Under the pieces are notes generated by a model that worked only from the letters and a program-made list of their open reading frames with translations, was not told the origin of the DNA and made no database searches. From the NCBI GenBank assembly GCA_964247055.1, contig OZ176053.1, forward strand, positions 744,001 to 808,000: DNA of 64,000 nucleotides, read 5' to 3'. Below, one piece after another: positions 36,941 to 49,233 of the stretch; positions within the stretch are counted from its first letter, which is position 1; the number at the start of each line of letters is the position of its first letter. The DNA is from Paragordius varius (Eukaryota; Animalia; Nematomorpha). The translations under genes and the position numbers were made by a program.

Positions 36941-39439
36941 ATGACAAAAATTTATCCTCTTACGATTGTTTTTGAGTCCAAAAATCACCAAAAAGTCAAT
37001 ACCTTTATTGGGACCAGACTTTATCAAATTTGTTTTATCAGAACTTTGAATCTTATTGATCAGACAATGGACGATATAAATCATTCTGAATGGAAAATAG
37101 TTAAGCATAAATCTCAAAAGTGTGCTGCAACTCAAGACTCTGATGTTTCGAATCTAAAAACCGTTGACAATATAATTTATGAAAAGTTAAAGTTTTATTA
37201 CGGCAATTCCTTAACACACATAGTTGAGGGAGTAATTCATATTTTCAAACAAAATAACCCTATTGAACTGGAAACTGCTATGATGGGAACTGATCGTAAT
37301 TCCACTCGATTAAGTCATTTAAATATTTTATGTATGCTTGGAGTACCCATACGTTTTACCACACATAAATTATTAAAATTTTTATCTCCCTTTGCCGCGA
37401 CACTTCAAACCATACGCATCATAAAAGATGAATCACCAAATTTTTATATGGTTTTGCTAAAGTTTAATTCAGCATCTATGGCTCTCGAATTTTATAAAAC
37501 TCTTCAGGGTGTTCCTTTATACAATTCACCCTATTATGAGTTATCGAGACAACATCAGCCCCTGCCAAATCATGAGGTTTGTCAACTTGCATTTGTTTCT
37601 CAAATTCAGTATCTTTCCTCTGATAACTTAAAGAATGAAATTATTTCTGAAAAATCAAACGGCATTTCTAAAATTGTGGATTCTAATAATTCCACTTTTC
37701 CACCAAACGATGCAACCGAACTACCTAAATGCATAGTTTGCATGGAACGGATGGAAGAATCCGTTGAAGGGATCCTTACTGTTCTTTGTAATCACAGTTT
37801 TCATGCCCATTGTATGTCTCAATGGCGTGATAATACTTGTCCAGTTTGTAGATTTTCACAAACTGGCATTCCATCTCCAACTCATAACAATGGCGATCGT
37901 TCCAAATTTCGCATGGGTGATTCTCTAAATAATTATTCATCCGATGATGCTATAAACAATATGAATGAATCCGCCATTGATTTTAATCGCTTGTTTGATA
38001 CCAGTTCAGGTGGCAAGGGTAATTTAATATCATCCACGCTTGATTATGTTAATTCGGAGGCAGACGATACGACGTTTGATCACAATGTGTGTTTGGAGAG
38101 TGGATGTGGGAGCTCGTCTGACCTTTGGATATGTCTTATATGTGGAAATATTGGTTGCGGCCGATACTTGAGAGGCCATGCCTCTAAACATTACGAAGAA
38201 AGCTCCCACACTTTTGCAATGGAAGTTGAATCGGGACGTGTATGGGATTACTTGGGTGACAACTATGTCCATCGCCTTATCCAAAACAGGGTTGATGGTA
38301 AGGTGGTGGAATATGTACGTCCAAATAATCACATTAGTCTTAACCGAGTAGATAATCATGACAATCTAAGATCGACAGTTGAACAACATCAAGCAAAGGA
38401 TGCTTTATACCGTAAAAAAGGGCAAAGTGCTAAACAAATTTACAAACATAAAAAGCGTCAAGCGAAAATACAATCGTTAAAAGACACATTGGGAGAATAT
38501 TGTTCTTGTCCGATGGAACTAGTATTAAACGAAAGAATAATTGACGAAGTTTTTTCAAATGTCAACACCGAGGAATGCAATGCTGATCATACAGAGTTTA
38601 ATATTACAGGGGATATGACCAAAAATTTACCGGAGAAAAAAATGCATGATATCCCAGTCCTTTGTCAATATTGTGGTAAGTTTCGATGTACGTATGACAG
38701 CTCTGATGATTATTCATCTCCAAATACCACCGATTCTTCCGAAAATTCTGATGTAGATGGAAAGTTCTATAATCATCCCTCTGATATTGTTCGGTCACAA
38801 AACAGATTATACAGTGAAGATGAAAATGACACGCTAACCAATGTTTATGCTTGCGAAAACGAAAAAATTGATTCAATCAGCCTTGAATATAGCTATATTA
38901 TGAGTCAACAACTTCAGGCCCAAAGGCAGCACTTTAAAAGAGAGCTAGAAAGCGCAGAAAACGATTTCCTTCGTGAAATTATATTGCGTGATACCAAAGT
39001 TACTGCATTGCATAAGCGATTGGCTGAATCATCTGCGCTAAGTGAACGACAAACCCGAGACTACGAAAAATTAGATAAAAAGTATAAACTTCTCAGCAAT
39101 AAATTTGATTGTCTATTGAAGGATCACAAAGAAGAACGAATACTTAATTCTACCTTAGCGCAAAATCAATCCGAACTCCAGAAAAAATATCAAGATCTAG
39201 AGTCGAAATTTAATCAAGCTTTGCTTCTAAAGGAAACGGAGTTGACCGATCTCAAAGAACAACTTAGAGATGTGATGTTTCATTTTCAAGCTCAAAAAAC
39301 CATAGAAAATACCTCAAACGGTGATAATTTGCAAGTGACGCAAGAGGAATTACAGGGCGGCTGTATTATTGTACCAACGCCTTCTGAACCTTCCAACATA
39401 AAATCACATAACAGACGTCGGAAAAAAAATAAGGGATAA
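36941..39439 (+). CDS. BRAP: BRCA1-associated protein 2 / IMP (BRAP2 domain, RING-H2, ZnF-UBP, coiled coil), single ORF of 832 aa
   Basis: LCMLGVP...IRIIKDESPNFYMVLLKF (BRAP2 domain); CIVCMERME...LCNHSFHAHCMSQWRDNTCPVCR (RING-H2); LWICLICGNIGCGRY...HASKHYEESSHTFAM...RVWDYLGDNYVHRL (ZnF-UBP); EKIDSISLEYSY followed by a coiled coil. Confidence 0.95.
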   Translation: MTKIYPLTIVFESKNHQKVNTFIGTRLYQICFIRTLNLIDQTMDDINHSEWKIVKHKSQKCAATQDSDVSNLKTVDNIIYEKLKFYYGNSLTHIVEGVIHIFKQNNPIELETAMMGTDRNSTRLSHLNILCMLGVPIRFTTHKLLKFLSPFAATLQTIRIIKDESPNFYMVLLKFNSASMALEFYKTLQGVPLYNSPYYELSRQHQPLPNHEVCQLAFVSQIQYLSSDNLKNEIISEKSNGISKIVDSNNSTFPPNDATELPKCIVCMERMEESVEGILTVLCNHSFHAHCMSQWRDNTCPVCRFSQTGIPSPTHNNGDRSKFRMGDSLNNYSSDDAINNMNESAIDFNRLFDTSSGGKGNLISSTLDYVNSEADDTTFDHNVCLESGCGSSSDLWICLICGNIGCGRYLRGHASKHYEESSHTFAMEVESGRVWDYLGDNYVHRLIQNRVDGKVVEYVRPNNHISLNRVDNHDNLRSTVEQHQAKDALYRKKGQSAKQIYKHKKRQAKIQSLKDTLGEYCSCPMELVLNERIIDEVFSNVNTEECNADHTEFNITGDMTKNLPEKKMHDIPVLCQYCGKFRCTYDSSDDYSSPNTTDSSENSDVDGKFYNHPSDIVRSQNRLYSEDENDTLTNVYACENEKIDSISLEYSYIMSQQLQAQRQHFKRELESAENDFLREIILRDTKVTALHKRLAESSALSERQTRDYEKLDKKYKLLSNKFDCLLKDHKEERILNSTLAQNQSELQKKYQDLESKFNQALLLKETELTDLKEQLRDVMFHFQAQKTIENTSNGDNLQVTQEELQGGCIIVPTPSEPSNIKSHNRRRKKNKG

Positions 39440-40329
39440 GCAATATTTTTGCAATATACAACTTTCATTATATTATTTATCAAATAACCCTCAAATATAT
39501 TTATTTTAATAAATCTTATTATCTTATACATGTAAGGTAAATTTTACAATATATGTAAATTAAGATACAGTAAAAATTATACAGACAAAACGTAATATAT
39601 AGACGATTTTTTAGACAACCATACTTTTTTAAACCCTAATTTATGCTACAAATTACAATCGTAAATCCCATATTAATTTTACCAATTTAAATCTATATTT
39701 ATACTTTGCAGTTTAAAACTATGATTTATGTTTAGAAAATCAAGTTACGTTTTGTCCGTATAACTTCTATTTTTACTGTATTTTGTAAAAAAATATGAAT
39801 TTTGCGCATTTGTGTGTTTCCAACTAGTTTTGCCTTACAAAGCATTTTTCGTCGTCAGAACAATTACCGACAACAACTCCACTGTAATCTGCTCAATATA
39901 AGCGTAGAAAATAATAAGAAGGCTCATAAAATCTCTAAAATTTAATCGTAGTAATTTATTCGAAAAAATTATAACAAATATTATATCAATAAAGACTATT
40001 TGTATAAATCAAAAGAAATTCTCCATTCATATAAATTTATTAGGAAAAATATATATAACGAGATTATTCTCCCATTATTACAAATTAGATTTGAGATTTG
40101 ATAACCAATGTAAAACTGGTCTATCATAATAAAATTATTTTCATTAGTCTTACAAATATGGTAGGTAAATGCTAACAGACTTTAAATACTAAATCCAAAT
40201 AATTTGCTGTAAACCTCTTTATGAATTAAGAGATTCTTACATTGGGACGGGACGGATGTATCAAACCTTTGCGCTTAAATTGTCATTATTATAGCTAAGA
40301 TCAGGGTCGATTTGTCGCTATTTCGCAAG

Positions 40330-40656
40330 TTTAGTTACGCCAGTTTGTACGGTTAAATGTGATGGAAATAAACTGTTGCATTGTTAGCTTGGGTTCTTTA
40401 GTTAAATTATCATCCAGCGCATTTTACATCCACCAACTTTTCCCGACATCATCTGATATTCCAAGTTTTTGGCTCTAGTGATGTGGCTACTTTAAAGGCA
40501 TCAGCCGTATAAGGATATTTTAGGTTTAATTTTATAGAAGACAGTGCTTTTAATTTTATCTTTCTATTTTATCTGTAGCAATTTTTTCCAGCACCCTATT
40601 TCGAAAGCAATGATAGATCTTTCATGTCTCCTCTTTAGTGTCCAATACTCGGCGGC
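40330..40656 (-). mobile_element. Degenerate RTE-clade LINE, 3' ORF fragment
   Basis: Minus strand reads AAEYWTLKRRHERSIIAFEIGCWKKLLQIK*KDKI ... MMSGKVGG, resembling the RTE C-terminal 'ETWTL...AFEMWCWRRLLRIPWTD' and 'MEGKIEG' motifs, with stops. A weaker relic (RIEKIEMWW) lies at ~57690-57800 on +. Confidence 0.65.
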
Positions 40657-42403
40657 AATTTAATTTTAATTTTATGTTTTATCATGAGATTACCATAGTT
40701 TATTGTATTTTAATATATTCGCTTTCTAACTTTATTTTACAAACCATTGAAAAGCCTTTTTTACTTTAGGGAGGGTTTTATTTCATCCTTAATTGGACGG
40801 CTACCGGTTATCGAGAATATCCAATTCCGAAAACATATTCAACTCTCAATTTTTCACTAGATAATTAAAATATAAAAAAGACGAATTCTATAATCAAAAT
40901 TTGAAATCTTAAGCAAATTTTCTTTATATTTGATAAAAATATATATTAATGTTAAAATGTTATTAAATCAATTTGGACGGATATATTTTCAGGTAAATTG
41001 CCTCATTCAATACCCATTAGAAAATATAAATGATTCATAAATAAACAATTTTAGAGTACAAAAGGGACGCGTGCATTAACTACAGGATTATATTAAAAAT
41101 ATTTTATTTTGGCCTTGTACAATATTGAATTTACATACGAGACTATGAAATCCCAAATTTAAATTTAAATCATGCGAGCTAATATAGACCCCGTTATTTG
41201 GCCCAATTTTTTAAATATATTGAAATCAAAATCGTTCCGGAACACAAAACTACCCAAAAAGCTAATGAAGTATCAATGACGAAATATTATCGATTCAAAT
41301 AGGGGTATCTAAATACGCCAGACTATATTTATGTTGATATTTTTAAAAAACTACTGAAAGAAACGATCCCAGTCATTTATGCTTCTATCGTAATAAAAAT
41401 TATATTATAAGCCGAAATATCTGAATATTTAGTTTTGAAAAAAAAGTTCCATGAAGTACTTCGACGCCATTTTTTACAGTATTTTTGTAAAATATCGTGT
41501 TTAATTTTAAAGATATATTTAAAGCTTTTTCTTAATCCCATCTAACATTGATTGAAACAGAAAAGGTGAATTATTTTTTATATATATATTTGGCTAATGC
41601 ACACATGTCATGTTGACTATTACCCTGAGGTTTTATTTTATTATAAGTAATATCGAGTATTTTTGAAACAACGTTTTTTATATATTTCAATTCATATATA
41701 TTATATAAGTGCAAATTTTTGCCATGGTTTCAATTTATTTTAGATTTTTTGAATTATTTAGTTTTAAACAGGCCTAGGGTATCCAACCACCCCAATTTAA
41801 ATCGAAGGACTGTAATGAATGTGTTGTATCCAAGTATTAAATTATTCATTTTATTTGTAGGCAATAAATAGTATATGTCAAAAATTGTACTTAACATTAT
41901 TTTAAAAAATACTGTCAAGTATAAAAAAGGGAGGGGGTACGTATGCATTGGAGGTATTGTTGATAAGTGTTGAATGTGAAAATAGCTACCATTCATAATT
42001 GCAATTATTGACCAAAGTTTAAAATGGGTTCGAAATAATAAAAACTCTAATTAATATATTTGAAACATTTTAAGATAAATATTTTATAAAGAAATAATAC
42101 TCCATCTATTTATTTAATGGAACGAAAGTGGCATTTTTTTAATAATTAGGGCGATCCCACAAAAATAATTATTAGTATTGAGTTTACACCGTTTTGAGGT
42201 TCGAAATTTTTTTTCCATAATTTTAGAGTAACGAGAACCGATATTACCGACATTATAGGCCATATTTTTTTTTCAAATGGCTAAAAGTGTATTTGATTTC
42301 CACCATGTATGTAACTTTTCATTTTTGCGGTATAATATTTAACTAAACACTAATTTTTTGTTGATTTTTAAAAAAATAACTAGCTAAAACGAAATTCATT
42401 CAC

Positions 42404-42802
42404 TTAAAATTTCACAAATTTATTAGCGGAAAACGCCATCTTTATAGTAATTATTTAACCTATTATGGAGATTATTTCTCTTAGCCTACCTTTGCAATTA
42501 GAAGTTATAGTACTTCCTATCAATCAATAGGTGGATGAAACGAAAATTTAAAGGGGACAGTGTTTACCACGTGTCATAGTGTGAGACGCGTTTCGTCCTT
42601 GTTGTGGACTCATCATCCACACATAATGACACGTGGTAAACACTGCCCCCTTTAAATTTTCGTTTCATAAAGCCACCTATTGCTTGATAGGAAGTACTAT
42701 AACTTCTAATTGCAAAGGTAGGCTAAGAGAAATAATCTCCATAATATGTTAAATATTTACTATAAAGATGGCATTTTCCGCTAAAAAAATTGTGATTTTC
42801 TA
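42404..42802. repeat. Long near-perfect inverted repeat (~175-bp arms, ~50-bp loop)
   Basis: Arm 42404-42577 is the reverse complement of 42626-42802. A third partial arm lies at ~43040-43162. Confidence 0.95.
42576..42628 (-). ncRNA. Hammerhead ribozyme copy with core mutation (C3>A), probably impaired
   Basis: Reverse complement reads TGTGTGG-ATGATGA-GTCC-ACAACAA-GGAC-GAAA-CGCGTC-TCACAC. Identical architecture to 42994-43038, but CTGATGA is ATGATGA (+ strand base 42616). Confidence 0.75.
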
Positions 42803-42987
42803 ATTATATAAGCCCCATCCTGGCTAATGGATAAAAAGAAGATATGATAATTGGCTTAATCGAAGTCCAATCGGTTGCCCTCTCTGGGCCTAAGTTCTCC
42901 GTTTTTTCTTTCACCAACTATAATTGGTTTAAAATCTTAAATTAATCAGTATATATACAAACTTTTAACGACATTGTTTACCCGTGC

Positions 42988-43043
42988 TCATTATGTGTGG
43001 CTGATGAGTCCACAATAAGGACGAAACGCGTCTCACACTATGA
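42988..43043 (+). ncRNA. Type I hammerhead ribozyme (minimal palindromic stem III)
   Basis: Stem I 5' GTGTGG (42995-43000); core CTGATGA (43001-43007); stem II GTCC/GGAC (43008-43011/43019-43022) with a 7-nt loop; GAAA (43023-43026); stem III in ACGCGT; GTC cleavage triplet (43030-43032); stem I 3' TCACAC (43033-43038). Confidence 0.88.
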
Positions 43044-45118
43044 CACGTAAACACTGTCCCCTTTAAATTTTCGTTTCATAAAGCCCTCTATTGCTTGATA
43101 GGAAGTATTATAACTTCTAATTGCAAAGGTAGGCTAAGAGAAATAATCTCCATAATATGTTAGAAATTCATACATGCCAATATACAGTAAATTTAGCCAT
43201 TAATACTGATATGGCCTATAAATAATAGGCTTTACTTATTATTTATACTACTCATTCACATTGTAAAAATAATATATGTTAATTATAAAATGGACTTGCA
43301 GCAAAATTTGACATTTAGAAACCTAGTATAAAATGTATATAGATTGAACCAAGATTTAAAATCAAATTAATGTTTAAAATTAATTATGGTTAATACAATG
43401 ATGTATCCTTTATTTTATCATAAATTTATTTTTTTTCGTTAAATGGGTATAAATATTTAGTAAAGAATGGAAAAAACAAAAGCTCTATGGTAATTTTTAT
43501 ACTTTTTCGATGAATATGATATTGTTGATAAGATGGAGCTCTTATTTTTCCATTCTTTAACAAATATTTATACCCATTTAAAAGAAATTTATAAAATAAA
43601 GGATACATGACTGTAACTGTAAAAAATACATAATAAAGGGTATGGATGGTATAGAAATGAACTAGTGATGAATCATCTATATTCTATAAATATAATGAAG
43701 CAAAAAAACAATATTAACAATAAGTGTAATTAGTATATAAGACAGTCTTTATGATTTTACAGTAACTGAAATTATACGGACAAAACGAAAAAATATAAAG
43801 ACAAATATTTTTTCTAAAAGACAACCATACTTTTTAAATCTTGATTTATTACAATTACCTTATTGTTTTAAATGGCAAAGTGTGAAATAGAGATATACTA
43901 ACACAATCAATTCTATGTTTTACAATTGTAACTAAATAGCTTATATTAGAAAATTAAGGTTTTAAAAAGTATGGTTGTCTTTTAGATAAAAATTTTTTAT
44001 CGTAAAAATCGATGTCTCGAGCATATTTAGATCCAAAATAAAATCTAAGGGCAAAACTGGCGGTCTTTTACATTAAAAGTTAAAAAAGACAAAACTTTAA
44101 AAAGACACCACCATATTTTAACCTTAATCTATGTTTTAAAATTATAATTATATGGTATAAGGAGGAAAAATCAAAGTTTAAAAAAGTATGGTTGTCTTAT
44201 AAAAATAATTACTTTTATTTGTTTGTCTGTTTAATTTTTACTGAAATTAAGTCGAAATCGCTATATATCGTATGTTTTTGATTTTGAAAAATCATCAATT
44301 ATATAGAAAAAATTTAAAAATTTTAATTTAAAAAGAGACAATGAATAGGCCATATTATTGGTTACAGGTGTTTTTAATTTAGCATTAGATCAAATATATT
44401 ATTCTTATAAACCCATTGTTAATTAGTATACATTGTTAACAAAAAGATACAGTAAAAAATGAAATTATACGGACACAACGTAAATATATAAAGACAATTT
44501 TTTTCTTTGAGACAATCGTACTTTTTTTATTTTGATTTATTTGAATTAAGCTCATATTTATTAAGTATGGAATAAAGATGTATATTTGCAACACATCTAA
44601 TAATATATTTTACAATTTTAATTAAATTGCTTATATAATAAAAATAAGTAATTAATTTGATGATGGTCCTTAAAAAAAATATTTGTCTTTATATTTTACG
44701 TTTTGTCCGTATAATATAAATACTTCTATTCTATAGGCCGAATATCGAAGTCACACGCCTAATTTCAGTTAATCACGTTTTTTAAAATTACAACTTTAAA
44801 CTATCACGGTAAAAAGTGAAATTATGGAAATGTAAAAACATAAAAAATAATTTTTTTTAAAAAAAGGACGACCATACTTTTTAAACTGTATTTTATTTAA
44901 TTAAGATTTATTATTTTTGCAAAGTTTACTAAGTAGAGATGTAACTTGGTTTTTTCAATTTTATATTTTAAATTTTAATTTAAAAAAAATAAAAGTTTAA
45001 GGAACTATAATTGTCTTTTAAAAAAATATTTGTCTTTATATTTTTACGTTTTGTCTGTATAAATTAATAATGATTTAAAACAGTGGTAGTAACCAAAAAA
45101 AATATTAAGCGGTTTGAG

Positions 45119-45404
45119 CAGAGGCCTTGCTAGTCAGAGGGGGAAAAGGGGCGCTTATGCACCGGGCGCCATTGTTAGAGGAGCGCCGGATTTTAAAATT
45201 TTTTAATTTAATTTCGAAAAATAGGTATTAACAAGTTTTTATTTTAAATAATACATGCAAAAATTCACCCATTTAAGAGTGGTCATGACCACGGTTTGCA
45301 TTTGATTATTTTTAAAAAAAAAATGCAAGGGATTTGCATTGAAGTGGAGGGGGCGCCATCATGGATTCATGCACCTGGCGCCAGAAATGCAAGCTAAGCC
45401 TCTG
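45119..45404. mobile_element. hAT-type MITE (286 bp) with 8-bp TSD
   Basis: TIRs CAGAGGC...GCCTCTG; flanks GGTTTGAG / GGTTTAAG (7 of 8 match); GC-rich subterminal GCACC(G/T)GGCGCCA motifs. Confidence 0.8.
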
Positions 45405-48090
45405 GGTTTAAGTCTCGCTGTTTTAAAGTCTTGGCACATTGATTATACCGTATTGATAACTCATGTTTACATGTGTAAAAAATATTTTTAGCATCATATT
45501 TATTATTGTAATCAAAAATTTAATTTATTAGCCAAATTAGTGCAAGGCTTTTTGGTGTACATCGGTATTTTATTAAATTTTAAAATTAATTGTGTTCTTT
45601 TTGCCCTGTTAAATAAGTTTGTCTTAAACTGGTTAAACATAACTTTTCTCAAATCCCTAAAATTGGGATAGATTACTAAATGGATAAATTAAAAACTATA
45701 TAAATTTATAATAATGATTGGAAAATAAACTTTAAAAAATAAATATTTATATAAAAAACCATTAAAGAAAAGTTTAGTATATTTATAAAATGAGTTCAAG
45801 GCAAAAATGGGTGTGTTTGAAATAAACTTTGACCCAATCATTTTTTAATGTTCGTTTTCACGACATGCATTTATATAAAGGTTAATAGATTATGATTGAT
45901 ACACATAAATAGATATATATTAATATATACGCCTAACTTTTGCAATAAATTATATAATTTAATTATGTAACCCGAATACACGAATTAAGAGTACTATTCG
46001 AAAGTCCTTTATTAAGAGTTAATATTAAATTATTATAAAATTTAAACAAAAGTTGTGATTATTAAATCTAACCATCAAAATCCTTATCGGTTATATTTAG
46101 AATGATGATTCATAATTTAAAGTTAAAAAATACCTTTTTTAAATTAACCAACTTAACTATAAATACATATATTGTGACTAAATTTACAATATAAACTAAT
46201 TTATAAATTATCTCATAACTTTTCAAATAAATTAAAAATCATAAAATATCGAAATTTTTTAGATTAAATCTAATTATACTATACCCTAATTTTGTATTTA
46301 TTTAGGATGTATAAATTTAATATCGTCTGATAAATGTTCAAAAGTTTTTGGGATATTTATATAAGCGGTCACAGTACTGTCATAATATAATCATTTCTTT
46401 CACTAAATTTTACATTTTTTAACTTTTTTGCTCAAATTTAAAATTTAAGTAAATATATTAAAATCTAAATTAAAAAATCACCCCTGTAATCAATAATAAA
46501 TCTCTTTGCTTTATTGAGAAAGCTACTTCGAATTATTTAATAAAAAAATGTAAAGCAGAAAAGTTATACTAAATTTAATTTACACTAAACGATTAAAATC
46601 ATTTGTGAATAGAAAATATGTATCAATTATTATATCAATAAGTGCTAATTTCGGTTTTTAATTGGCTAAAATGGGATTCAATAATGTTGTTATGTATGAG
46701 ATTTTAATTGTATTATTTCCATTGTATTTTTTATTCCAAAATAAAATGTAAAATCTCGTATATGACAACAGACATCTTTTAGCCATTCAAAATAATGAAA
46801 TTATTGTTTTTACTGATGAAATAGACTATTTTTTTCTATTAACCAATTTAAAAAAAATAATAAAAAAACCAGAATATTGGTGTTGACTGTATTATATCCC
46901 CAAAATTTAAATCAACCGAAATTAAAGTAGGAGTGTAATAAATATTTTAATATTTTTTTGTTAAATAATCTTATTGATAAAGGCGACTCAAATATTTACG
47001 AGAGCATATTGCAATTATTAAAGTTATTTTTTGCTTAATATTATTAGTTATAACGATTGATATGCCAATAATGTTATTTATTCGTTCGCTTTGTATTTTA
47101 CATGAAAAAAAATGAAATTCGAAGGCTACTTATTTTTTTTCTTTTGCAATTAAATCACACAAAAAAGTTAATTGCGTTTTTGCCAAAAAAATCAACAACA
47201 TAATTACAAATTAACGTGAAAACAAAGGCTAATATAACGTTAACATTTTAGACCTTTAAAAAAGTAAATCAATAGAAACGCATTTTTTATTTCGATATGA
47301 TAACAAAATAAACTTGATCAGATAAAATATTTTTAACGCAATTATAACTTTTTTTCTTGGAGATGCATATCTATAAATTGATCAATAATTACTTGCACAG
47401 GGAGTACCAGAAAAAAAGAGCCAAAATTATGGCTTTTTACCAAATAAAAATATTTTAAATTTTAAAATTGCGATAATTTCGGATGAGAATTTTTTTAAGA
47501 CATATAAATGCACTATTATCATCTAAGAAACTTTGTATCATTCTCTTTTGCTAACTTAAAATTTGGGTATTTTTTCAATTCCAAAGCAGTTTTAAATTTG
47601 AGTATCTCTTCCAGAATATTGATCTTTATTTTAAATATGCATTATATGGCCTTTAAGCGTATTAGTAAAAATTGAAATTATACAAATGTAAAAATATAAA
47701 TTTAAAAGACAACCATGCCTTTTTAAACCTTAATTTTCCCTTATAAACTATTTAATTACAATTGAAAATTATATAACTCATTGCGTTACCAATATACATT
47801 TTTATTTCACTTCGCAATTATAAACAATGGTTTATATTTCGACATTTAAAGAATTAAAAATTGTCTTTTGAAATATAATTGTCTTTATATTGTTACGTGT
47901 TGTCCGTATAATTTAAATTTTTACTCTATATAATTATAAATAATATGAAATAGTTATAGTCATCAAATAAATCTTAATTCTTGTTAAATCCTGGCATTAA
48001 TTTTAAGTATTTGCCAACAGCAAATTTTTTTTATTTAACATCATCTGATTGTTAGCTAATTTTTGACCCAAGATGTAGTAAAAAATCATA

Positions 48091-48220
48091 TTTTTCAAAA
48101 ACTTTAAAATAATTGTTTTAAAAGTTTGAAGATAAAAAACCTCCATTTTAAAAATAATATTTTTGCAAAAACTTTAAAATATTGTTTGCAAAGTTTGAAG
48201 ATAAAAAACCTCCATTTTTT
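48091..48220. repeat. ~70-bp tandem duplication
   Basis: CAAAAACTTTAAAAT...AAAGTTTGAAGATAAAAAACCTCCATTTT occurs twice. Confidence 0.8.
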
Positions 48221-49074
48221 TAAAAAAACTAATGGAATCTTAAATCTAGTTTGGAAACCACACGCTATTTTTTCAAGGAATGTTATGCATTTTCTAATTG
48301 GCTAGTAACCACACAAATAATTTGTTAACAAATGGTTAAAATTAATTTTATTTCCTCATCTTTTAAACATTGTTTTGTTTATTTAATCAAAAAAACACAA
48401 GAAAAAACTCTCGACAAACAGTTATATCTATTAAAAAATATTACGCTATTATGTACGTTGGCTATTGTGATGCAATATGTACAGTAGCGTATGGTAAGAA
48501 AAAAATTAGTCCGAAATTAAATAAGGAAAATTAATGTTCAAGTATTGAAAAATGATGTTTCATTTAAACAATTTGTTGTTTTAAACTATATGCTACTGTA
48601 CTTTTATCATTTTTTTGTTTATGGTTTTATTTATTTATAATTTAAAAATAGAAAATGGCCATGACATTGAAAACAAACAATAAACGTTTTAAAAATGAAC
48701 AAACCAAATACGAGCGAGCATTTTTTCGAACTTTACGCTTTGCTTATAATTCGTGCTAAAATATTTAAAAACATTTAATTAGATAATTTAACCACAATGA
48801 CAATAATAGTTTGGTTATTGATTAAGTTCTAAAATATTTGCGGATTGATTAGTAGTAAAAATTACTAAATACATAATTTAGTAAATTGTAAAATTCCATA
48901 CTTTAGATGTCTGCCAACAAAAATTCGTCTGCGAAATAAAAAGTGTTCATTTGAGATATATAAAAATTTTCAGTAACATGGGGTAAAACCCCCATGGTTA
49001 AACATTCTCTATTTTTATACATTTTTATATTTGTGAACATGCAAAATTTAAACCCCGTACGCTATTTATATATA

Positions 49075-49233
49075 CAGTAGCGTATGACATAAAACAATAT
49101 TAGTCCATAAAAGAAAAAATGTTTTATTACAGGGGGATATTATAGAAATTTTTATAAACAACTAGGCTTTTTTCAAAAAAAACATTTTTATTCTTTTGTG
49201 GACTAATATTGTTTTATGCCATACGCCACTGTT
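49075..49233. mobile_element. Small Tc1-like MITE (CAGTAGCGTATG TIR family)
   Basis: TA|CAGTAGCGTATGACATAAAACAATATTAGTCCA...TGGACTAATATTGTTTTATGCCATACGCCACTG. A second copy lies at ~48479-48600. Confidence 0.7.

Noticed and set aside
38030-38876. Antisense ORFs within BRAP2, and likewise within HECA (50825-52058) and PDHA (35574-35783)
   Set aside because: These are shadows of real coding sequence on the other strand with no recognisable motifs.
46811-46845. CTGATGA followed by an AATAG/CTATT stem
   Set aside because: No GAAA or stem I/III afterwards. Other CTGATGA hits (16617, 60151, 36897 minus) also fail.
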